A stretch of DNA of 47,994 nucleotides from positions 1 to 47,994 of the forward strand of contig CAYZTE010000002.1 in NCBI GenBank assembly GCA_964481225.1. The letters are read 5' to 3'. Below the pieces are notes generated by a model. It was not told where the DNA came from and did no database searches. It saw only the letters and a list, made by a program, of their open reading frames with translations. A program made the position numbers and the translations under genes. Source of the stretch: an uncultured archaeon. GTDB lineage: Archaea; Asgardarchaeota; Lokiarchaeia; Sigyniarchaeales; SOKP01. This document shows positions 1 to 7,673 of the stretch, piece after piece (within the stretch, counting starts at the first letter, position 1; each line of letters starts with the position of its first letter).

Positions 1-649
1 CTTGAATGGCTTTTAATTTTTTATCTATCATTAAAAGAGATAAATCCTTATCTGATTTCTCGACAGGGTTGCCACAGCACTCTAACTTCAAATCAAATTC
101 TAATGATTCCGCACCTAGGGCCTTAACGATTTGGTCTATAGTAATAGGATCAAAAGGATCGTCCCAATTAATTATTTCTGATGGTCTTAAATAATGACAT
201 CCATAATGAACAGCAACCTTAAAACCATCTAAAGGTTTTACCACATATTCTTTTACCTTGTCGAGATTTTCGTAGAGTACTTGAGCAAAATGCTTAACTT
301 GTGTCTTACCTTCGTATTTTTTTCCAACCTTTTGTAAGATTTTATTTACTTTTTCCTTAATAGTAGGATCCTTATTTATGAAATGGTTTACACCTTTTAA
401 AGTCTCAACACAACCAGAACAAAATGAAACTACACCGCCATTAGTGTTGCATAAGCTTAAATTTCTCGCTCCTAAAGCTAACCAAGTTTTATGATCAATG
501 AGTTCGATCCCTGTAGGATCTGGGCAACAACTAAATCCATCTACATCATTTAATTTAATACCGAGTTTTTCAAACACCTTTCTCGAAGAAGTTTCAAGAA
601 AAGGTAGTCTAGCAGGCAATACACACCCCAAAAACAAATCGTAAGCCAT
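1..649 (-). CDS. hdrB: Heterodisulfide reductase subunit B-like protein (CCG-domain), 3'-truncated by window edge
   Basis: Not in ORF track. My reverse-strand translation from ATG (complement of 647-649) reads MAYDLFLGCVLPARLPFLE... It stays open in the stretches I translated codon by codon (1-60, 181-301, 601-649) and contains FSCCPDPTG and LECCGNPVE cysteine motifs. It starts 3 nt after the hdrC-like stop. Confidence 0.75.
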   Translation of the reverse strand, partial: MAYDLFLGCVLPARLPFLETSSRKVFEKLGIKLNDVDGFSCCPDPTGIELIDHKTWLALGARNLSLCNTNGGVVSFCSGCVETLKGVNHFINKDPTIKEKVNKILQKVGKKYEGKTQVKHFAQVLYENLDKVKEYVVKPLDGFKVAVHYGCHYLRPSEIINWDDPFDPITIDQIVKALGAESLEFDLKLECCGNPVEKSDKDLSLLMIDKKLKAIQ

Positions 650-652
650 TTT

Positions 653-1150
653 TTACTCTACCCCCATTGGAATGTGTTTTTCAAAATCAGTTTCAGTTAG
701 GATTTTTTTAATTTCTTCAACTGGAGCTGTTTTGATTGTAGGAAGACCTAATTTCTCGCGGCGTGTTAATATTGCCTTAGAATAAGGAATTGCAACTCCA
801 TTCTCTAATACTGCTTGACCTTGTGCAATAAACGCATCAGGAACTTTTCCTGTCTCAAAACATCTATTTTTTATTAATGTGAAGATCTCTGTAAGCTCCA
901 CTTTTTGAGGGCAAAGTTCGACACACTTTTGACAGGTTGAACATAACCATGGATTTGGTTCTTGTTTTTCAACCAATTTCTCTTGGAGACCTAAAATTGC
1001 TTCTTCGATAATTTTTCTCGGATTATATTTACCATTTGTTATTAATGCTACAGGACAACCACCACTACAAGTGCTACATTGATAACAATAGCTCAAAGAT
1101 GCATTATGTTTGAGGACTTCATTTCTAAAATCAAAATTAATTGTACTCAT
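653..1150 (-). CDS. hdrC: Heterodisulfide reductase subunit C-like, 2x[4Fe-4S] ferredoxin-type protein
   Basis: Two Cys clusters, CYQCSTCSGGCP and CSTCQKCVELCP. About 165 aa, directly upstream of the hdrB-like ORF. Confidence 0.8.
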   Translation of the reverse strand: MSTINFDFRNEVLKHNASLSYCYQCSTCSGGCPVALITNGKYNPRKIIEEAILGLQEKLVEKQEPNPWLCSTCQKCVELCPQKVELTEIFTLIKNRCFETGKVPDAFIAQGQAVLENGVAIPYSKAILTRREKLGLPTIKTAPVEEIKKILTETDFEKHIPMGVE

Positions 1151-1485
1151 CTGACATTCGTGTCAATATGTAATTTTTAATATGCTTATCTATATGGTTA
1201 TGCAAATTTTAGAAGGATTAAAAAATTTATTAGGAAGTTTCAATAAAAAAAATCCAATAGGGAGTTATATTTTATTACTGCTCCTTTTATTTTTTTATTC
1301 ATTCTATTTTTTCTTCATTAATGATTGATATTGATAACAAATTATACAAAGAATTTTCTTAATATTTGATTTTGATTGAATCTTTGAATTAAAATGCTTG
1401 AATTTAATAATTTTAATGATCAAAAATGAAAAAAGTGACTTAAAATTAATAATTATGTTTAAATATCACTAATTCTAATTGTATT

Positions 1486-1773
1486 ATGATGTGTAAAAAC
1501 TGTAATTGCGACTTTTTTGTGAAATGCTCAATAGTAGGTTACATGCCTATTGGGTTTTGCTGTGAGAATTGCTATCTTTATGATGAATATAGAACTTGTT
1601 TAAAATCTAAATCTAAAGCGGAAGAAATAAAAAAACAAGAATCCGAAGGGTTAGGAGAAATTAAATTACTTGATGTTTCAATTGAGGGGCAACTTCTAAG
1701 AGTCGCAATTGATCTTAAGGATGGAGAAGAAAAAATAATTCTTCTAGATCTCAAAAAGTATTTAGAATCTTAA
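1486..1773 (+). CDS. Hypothetical Cys-rich small protein
   Basis: 95-aa ORF with an N-terminal cysteine cluster (CKNCNC...CCENC). No recognisable family. Confidence 0.4.
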   Translation: MMCKNCNCDFFVKCSIVGYMPIGFCCENCYLYDEYRTCLKSKSKAEEIKKQESEGLGEIKLLDVSIEGQLLRVAIDLKDGEEKIILLDLKKYLES

Positions 1774-1942
1774 ATATTCAAACTTATTTTTAAAAGCTTA
1801 ATAATAAGTTAACAAAATTTTACCTAAAATAGACAAAAACATTAGATTTTTTGATGCAAAAAATATAATTTAATAAATAATTTATCACAATTAATACCTA
1901 GTTTATATCACATAAGTTAGAATTTATAAGAATAGTTCAAAA

Positions 1943-2374
1943 TTGCCGAAAAAATTAGATCTTATTGATCTTAAGATATTAGAGGAATTAAAGAAAAACA
2001 GTAGAATCTCTTTTAGCGAAATCAGTCAGATGATTGATAAAACCGAGGCTACTGTAAGAAGAAGGGTTAAAAGATTAATTGAGGAAGGTATTATAACAAG
2101 CTTCACAATTCAATATGATATTGATACTACACAAAATATTGGTGCTACAATAAAAGCTGTTCCTGATTTTAAAGATATTAAACGAATTTTAAGAGAATTA
2201 AAAGGTATAAACGAAATTACTCATATCTGGCGTTTATCTGGTGATTGTGGGTTGTTAATGAAAGTCGATATACCATCAATAGATAAATTTAATCCTCTTA
2301 TTGAAGAAAAAATCTTACAAATTCAAGGAATAAAAATCATTGAAACATGCTTTATTACCGATATAATCAAATAA
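1943..2374 (+). CDS. Lrp/AsnC-family transcriptional regulator
   Basis: N-terminal HTH pattern KLDLIDLKILEELKKNSRISFSEISQMIDKTEATVRRRVKRLIEEGII plus a C-terminal RAM-like domain. TTG start. Confidence 0.85.
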   Translation: MPKKLDLIDLKILEELKKNSRISFSEISQMIDKTEATVRRRVKRLIEEGIITSFTIQYDIDTTQNIGATIKAVPDFKDIKRILRELKGINEITHIWRLSGDCGLLMKVDIPSIDKFNPLIEEKILQIQGIKIIETCFITDIIK

Positions 2375-2450
2375 AAATAATTAAAATTTTTTAAGATTAA
2401 AATTTACATTATAAAGATAATTAAAATAATTAAGTTGATTTGGAAATCAG

Positions 2451-2996
2451 GTGCTTAAAATCGAACAAAAAGTGGCTTTTAAATTATGCATTTTCGGAGA
2501 CGGTGGAGTAGGGAAAACAACATTGATTAGGAGGTTTGTTACAAGAATATTCGAGAAGGATATTAAAATGACGATAGGGGCCGATTTCAGTGTTAAAAAT
2601 GTAGAAATAGAAGGTAAAAAGGTAACACTTCGGATATGGGATTTTGCTGGAGAAGAACGATTTAGAGTACTGTTGCCTAGCTTTGCTAAGGGAGCAGAAG
2701 GGGGAATTTTTATGTATGATATAACCAGATATTCAACGCTCAAAAATATAAGAGATTGGCTTTCAATTTTCGAATATTTCGTATCAGAAGAACAAGTTAA
2801 AATACCGATTGTCATGGTAGGAGGAAAATTGGATTTAGAAGATAGAAGATCTATTGAGATAGAAGAAGCCAGTGAATTATCTAATTCTTATGATTTACTA
2901 GGATATTTTGAATGTTCTTCAAAGACAGGTAATAATGTAGAAGAAATCTTTGAGTTTATGACACGAAAAATGATGGAGAACTCTAGTTCAATTTAA
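2451..2996 (+). CDS. Small GTPase, Rab/Ras-like
   Basis: G1 GDGGVGKTT, G3 WDFAGEE, G4-like GGKLD, G5-like CSSKTG. No C-terminal Cys prenylation motif. GTG start. Confidence 0.85.
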   Translation: MLKIEQKVAFKLCIFGDGGVGKTTLIRRFVTRIFEKDIKMTIGADFSVKNVEIEGKKVTLRIWDFAGEERFRVLLPSFAKGAEGGIFMYDITRYSTLKNIRDWLSIFEYFVSEEQVKIPIVMVGGKLDLEDRRSIEIEEASELSNSYDLLGYFECSSKTGNNVEEIFEFMTRKMMENSSSI

Positions 2997-3286
2997 ATCT
3001 ACTTTTTATTGTTTCTTAAATTATATCTATTAACAATAAATTATCTCTTTTATTTGGTTTTTTAATTTATAAATCAATTCTGAACATTTTGAAAAACCAA
3101 GAGTTAAAAAAATGAGAGAAGATCTAGAAGAATTAATCATAACTCGTTAGATCAGTCAGCTATTCTAAAATACGTTAAATTATTTTCTTAAAATCTGAGA
3201 CTAATATTAAAATCCTATAATTAGATAAAGAAAAGTTAAGAAGATAAGATCCTATTTAACTTTTAAAAATAAATAAAGATCTAAGA

Positions 3287-3817
3287 TTAAGTTCTTTTAA
3301 TTACTTTAACTAAACCTTTTTTTCGGAGCTGATCCATCATTTTTTCTATTTCTTCTATGCTTTTTTGAACAATGGAGGCTACTTGTTCAATTGTATTCAT
3401 TCCATCACAGACTTTTAGTACGATAAATTGTTCTTTTGAGAGCATTCCTAATTGAACAGCCATTGGTGGTATTTCTTTTACAACGATTGGAATTCTCACT
3501 TCGCCGCCAGCTTGAGCTGTTTCAGCCCCAATTTCTTCGGTACTTGGAGATTCTCCAAAAAATGATTTTACTTCTTGGATGTTATAATTGTCATCAATGT
3601 AGATATAAATTGTATGTTCTTCTCCAGAGACATCATCTGGATCTTCAAGATCAGGATAAGGATTTGAGTGTCTATGTTCTTTAGTGTATATGCCGGTTAG
3701 TAATCCGCTGATAATCTCTTCTTTATCAATATTCAGTGCAATCATGTCATCACAAATCGGACACCAAGCCCATGCTTCTATAAGCCTGAAATATTTCTTC
3801 ACTTTATTTTCTGGCAT
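3287..3817 (-). CDS. Hypothetical protein with possible CxxC...HxH site and C-terminal winged-helix-like domain
   Basis: 176-aa ORF. CPIC...HRH near the N-terminus. C-terminal LSKEQFIVLKVCDGMNTIEQVASIV...LRKKGLVKV resembles a wHTH. Convergent with the GTPase. Confidence 0.5.
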   Translation of the reverse strand: MPENKVKKYFRLIEAWAWCPICDDMIALNIDKEEIISGLLTGIYTKEHRHSNPYPDLEDPDDVSGEEHTIYIYIDDNYNIQEVKSFFGESPSTEEIGAETAQAGGEVRIPIVVKEIPPMAVQLGMLSKEQFIVLKVCDGMNTIEQVASIVQKSIEEIEKMMDQLRKKGLVKVIKRT

Positions 3818-4038
3818 CGTAATTCTCTTTGAAGATAAATTTAGAATTATTTAGATAAATTATATGCAAATTATGGTGTTTACTAATTTAAATTTTAATT
3901 AATATTGTAATTAAATAAATCTTATATAGTAAATTGTAGATATTTTTTTTCTCATTTCTTTTTATCAAAACCAAAAATAATTAAAGTTATAATATGTTTT
4001 AAAATCTAAGTTCTACTAAAGTAATAATTGATAACTTC

Positions 4039-4246
4039 ATGAGTGCATATAAGAAAAATACATGCTTTGGATGCGGGAGACCAAACTTTTTTATGAATTC
4101 CATATGAAGGACCAATTGCCCCATACGAAGCAGCAGTTCATTTCCCTTGTCCCCAATGCGGAGATGTTACAATTTGGAGATGTGAACGTTGTAGAGTAAA
4201 TGGCAATTCATATAAATGCTTGAAATGTGATTTCACAGGACCTTAA
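4039..4246 (+). pseudogene. Zn-ribbon RNA-binding protein (COG2888-like, usual partner of aEF-1beta) with an apparent frame break
   Basis: Frame 1 reads [22 protein letters not shown] (stop at 4105). Frame +1 from 4097 reads [49 protein letters not shown]. The first CxxC knuckle is thus separated from its CPxCG partner. Confidence 0.6.
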
Positions 4247-4287
4247 ATGAAAAAATTGAGACAAAAGAAAAGAAGTGAATTTTTATA

Positions 4288-4557
4288 ATGGCAAATGAAT
4301 TTATTGCTTTAATTGATGTTGTTCCAGAAGACATTGATGTAGATTTTGAAGAATTTGTTGGAAAATTAAAGAATATACTCCCTAACACTTGTGTTATTGA
4401 ACGTTATGATGTATTACCTGTTGCTTTCGGTTTGAAAAAAGCAAGAGTTCAAGTGAGATATCCAGAGGAATGGGGTGGCACGGATAAACTTGAAGAGTTA
4501 TTCGGTAATGTAGATGGGATACAAGGTATTGAAGCTATCGCTTTTTCAAAAGCGTAA
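4288..4557 (+). CDS. Translation elongation factor aEF-1 beta
   Basis: 89 aa. Pattern VVPEDIDVDFEEF...PVAFGLKKARVQV...GGTDKLEELF...GIQGIE is typical of archaeal EF-1beta. Confidence 0.85.
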   Translation: MANEFIALIDVVPEDIDVDFEEFVGKLKNILPNTCVIERYDVLPVAFGLKKARVQVRYPEEWGGTDKLEELFGNVDGIQGIEAIAFSKA

Positions 4558-4595
4558 AGCGAAATGTAATTTCTTAGTATTGTTAATTCTCGCTT

Positions 4596-6452
4596 TCAAC
4601 CTGTTCTTTTAAAAAGTTTATCTAATTCTTTAAATGAAAGGAACCTTATAGTAGGTCTTCCATGAGCGCAATGATAAGAATCTTTACATGCTGCTAATTG
4701 AATTAATAGATCTCTGATATCCTTCAAAGATAAATCATCACCACCTCTAATGCTTTTATGACACGCTAAATAATTAATGATTTCTTCTTTGCCTTCCATA
4801 AAGCTTTTATCTTTTCCGATTTTAGTTATGTCGCTAATAATTTCTTCTATAATATTGATGCCAGGAAATTTTTCCATAATTGTAGGAATTTCTCTTAAAA
4901 TGAAAGTATTTCCACCGAAATGCTCGAAATTAAACCCTAGCTTTTTTATTTCAATTAAGTTTCCTTCTAAAAATACGCGCTCACTTGGAGTCACGTCGAT
5001 TTTTAAAGGAGAAATTAACTTTTGTCTGCTTGTTTTTGCGGTTTCATATGCAGTTAAAAGCTTTTCTTTCTTTATTCGTTCGGATGCTGCGTGCTGATCT
5101 AAAATGAATATGCCCTCCTCATCATTCTCATTAATACCTTCTAAAACAACGTATGTTTTATTACTTAATTGACCTGTACGAGAAATTAATCGAATTTTTG
5201 GAAAGTTGTTTGAAATAATAAATTTATTTCTTATATACGATTCAGGTAATACTTTTCGATCTAACTCATCTTTAATTATATGATCTCTTAGGCTCAACTG
5301 GACTGTTTCTTTGATTTTTATACTCTTTTCTTCCAATTTTCCTTCTTCTGAGTCTAGAATTCCTTCAACAGGTTTCTCTAATTTATCTAATTTCTTCTCT
5401 TCTTTAGGTAAAAAATATTCTAGTTCAGTGGATATATATTTTGCTTCCTTAATTATGAACTTATCCTCAACAAAACTCCGAATTATGTTGTAAACCTTGT
5501 TGTATAAACTCTCCTCCTTTTCGAATCTGATGTAAAGCTTTTTTGGATGAACATTAAAATCAACAGAAGAAGGGTTAAGTTCAAGGAATAAAATAAAAAA
5601 TGGATACTTATTTACCATTAGAGTTCCCTTGTATGCTTCTCTAATCGCCCTAAATAATATATCACTAATTACATACCGGCGATTAACATATAAACTTGAA
5701 TATTTCCTGTTTTTTTTAGCAATTTGTGGATGTCCTAGTAACCCATATATTTTTAATGAAGTTTCTTTCTCTGTATAATCAATGGGTTCCATCATTTTTG
5801 CCATATTCTTTCCGTATATGTGAAAGATGGTTGTTTTTAAGTCATTATTAGCAGGGCAATTTAACATGTCTAAATTGTTATGTTGATAAAGGAAGTGAAG
5901 TTCGGGGTATGATATAGAATATCTTTGTATGATATCAGTGATGTGCCCTAGTTCTGTAGAATCTTTTTTCAGAAATTTCTGTCTAGCCGGAATGTTGAAA
6001 AATAAGTTTTTAACGGTAATATTCGTCCCTACAGGACATGATACCTCCTTTTTATCGATTATTTTCCCTCCTTCCATGTTTAATTGTACTCCCCTTTCAT
6101 TTTTAGCTGTTCTTGAAATGATTTCAACTTGACTAACTGCTGCAATACTAGCAAGTGCTTCTCCCCTGAAACCTAAAGTTGAAAGTTCATCCAAATCCTC
6201 GATGCTTCTAATCTTACTACTTGTATGCCTTTCAAATGCTATTTCTATATCTTCTGGAGGGATACCCATACCATCGTCTATGACTTGAACTAACGATTTT
6301 CCTGCTTTTTTAACAATTATTCTTATTTCATTTGCTCCAGCATCAATGCTATTTTCGATAAGTTCTTTTACAACATTACTAGGGCGCTCTACTACTTCAC
6401 CAGCAGCAATTTTTTCAGCGTCTATGATTTTTTTAATTCTTGGTTCCGACAC
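4596..6452 (-). CDS. mutL: DNA mismatch repair protein MutL (endonuclease-type)
   Basis: GHKL motifs ELIENSIDAGA, DDGMGI, GFRGEAL. C-terminal DQHAASERIKKE (DQHAx2Ex4E), ACHKSIRGG and CAHGRPT motifs. Confidence 0.9.
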   Translation of the reverse strand: MSEPRIKKIIDAEKIAAGEVVERPSNVVKELIENSIDAGANEIRIIVKKAGKSLVQVIDDGMGIPPEDIEIAFERHTSSKIRSIEDLDELSTLGFRGEALASIAAVSQVEIISRTAKNERGVQLNMEGGKIIDKKEVSCPVGTNITVKNLFFNIPARQKFLKKDSTELGHITDIIQRYSISYPELHFLYQHNNLDMLNCPANNDLKTTIFHIYGKNMAKMMEPIDYTEKETSLKIYGLLGHPQIAKKNRKYSSLYVNRRYVISDILFRAIREAYKGTLMVNKYPFFILFLELNPSSVDFNVHPKKLYIRFEKEESLYNKVYNIIRSFVEDKFIIKEAKYISTELEYFLPKEEKKLDKLEKPVEGILDSEEGKLEEKSIKIKETVQLSLRDHIIKDELDRKVLPESYIRNKFIISNNFPKIRLISRTGQLSNKTYVVLEGINENDEEGIFILDQHAASERIKKEKLLTAYETAKTSRQKLISPLKIDVTPSERVFLEGNLIEIKKLGFNFEHFGGNTFILREIPTIMEKFPGINIIEEIISDITKIGKDKSFMEGKEEIINYLACHKSIRGGDDLSLKDIRDLLIQLAACKDSYHCAHGRPTIRFLSFKELDKLFKRTG

Positions 6453-6761
6453 GGTATTACAAAATTTTTTTAAATCTTATCCAGGGATAAGATAATTTTA
6501 TAAGGTTAATATATTTCACATTTTAATCAAATTTAAAATAATACACTATTAAAGTTTAAATAAATCAGAATTAAGATGATTTTGAAATTTAAAAAGCTAT
6601 AAGAATTATTTGTATTCACTTAGAAACTTATTATTTATAGTTCCAAAAAACATAAGCGCACCCCAAATTCCTGAAAATACCTTTAAGTAAGTCTTTTAAA
6701 TTTCCTTTAATACTTAATACTAAATTAACTTAGAACATGAATTATAACCAATTGGATTATT

Positions 6762-7673
6762 ATGAATGACGAGGAAGATTACGCAATCCACGTGTACTTT
6801 GTCTATATTTTTGTAATAATAACCCTCTTCCTCGTAATTCTAAGAATATTTCTATATTCTTTTGAGATTTCACCTTGGATAAAGGAAACAAAGGATATTG
6901 ATTTTAAAATCCTTATAGAAGGCATGAAAAATGGTTTGATTGACTTTTATGACGATGTTGCAATTTCAGATTGGCCACCTTATTATCTATATTTCTGGTA
7001 TTTCTTGTTCTTTCCAATTTACATGATCCCCCTTAATGTATACATTGGTGTTTACGTTTGGGATGCTTTAAGATTAATTTTGACCATATTAGTTATAAGA
7101 GAATCACCTAAAGTATTTAAAAACAAGAGAGATTTACTAATTTTTTACATGTTTTGTGTAGTTGGTTTTAGCATTGACGCGTATTATAATAATGTCAACT
7201 TTTTAATTGCTTTCTTTTTATTTTATTCATACGTTTATCTAGAAAAAGATCAAAAATGGATTGCTGGTATTTTCTTTACTCTTGCGACGTTTAAAATCAC
7301 TGCGATATTATTTCTTCCTGTTTTGCTTATTGTTAAAAAGATAAGATTCAAAGATCTGATGTATTATTTAATTCCATTTGCTATTGTTTGCATTCCTTAT
7401 ATTGTTTTTCCTGACTATTTCTTTCAAATGGTAACCAATTGGGGACATAGTGATGCCGAAATAAAAGGGATTCTAATTTTTGATTCAATTCTTTGGAAGG
7501 CTTTGCAACCTTCACACTTGATGTTTATTGGCCTTTTATTAATATTATTTATGGAAAATATTAAAATAGAAAAAAGAAAAAACATATATAGGATAATCTT
7601 AGTCTCAATAATAATAGTCTATTATGTTTATCTCACAATTATAGTTTTCATAATTCCAGTTGTTTTGGCTTAG
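6762..7673 (+). CDS. Polytopic integral membrane protein (possibly GT-C/DUF2029-like glycosyltransferase)
   Basis: 303 aa with many hydrophobic segments. The WPPYYLYFWYF loop motif is the only basis for the family guess. Its stop overlaps the mutS stop (convergent). Confidence 0.55.
   Translation: MNDEEDYAIHVYFVYIFVIITLFLVILRIFLYSFEISPWIKETKDIDFKILIEGMKNGLIDFYDDVAISDWPPYYLYFWYFLFFPIYMIPLNVYIGVYVWDALRLILTILVIRESPKVFKNKRDLLIFYMFCVVGFSIDAYYNNVNFLIAFFLFYSYVYLEKDQKWIAGIFFTLATFKITAILFLPVLLIVKKIRFKDLMYYLIPFAIVCIPYIVFPDYFFQMVTNWGHSDAEIKGILIFDSILWKALQPSHLMFIGLLLILFMENIKIEKRKNIYRIILVSIIIVYYVYLTIIVFIIPVVLA

Noticed and set aside
6-194. 62-aa + strand ORF at the window start
   Set aside because: It lies fully antisense to a well-supported hdrB-like reading frame that carries CCG cysteine motifs, and its sequence is low-complexity. 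It is a shadow ORF.
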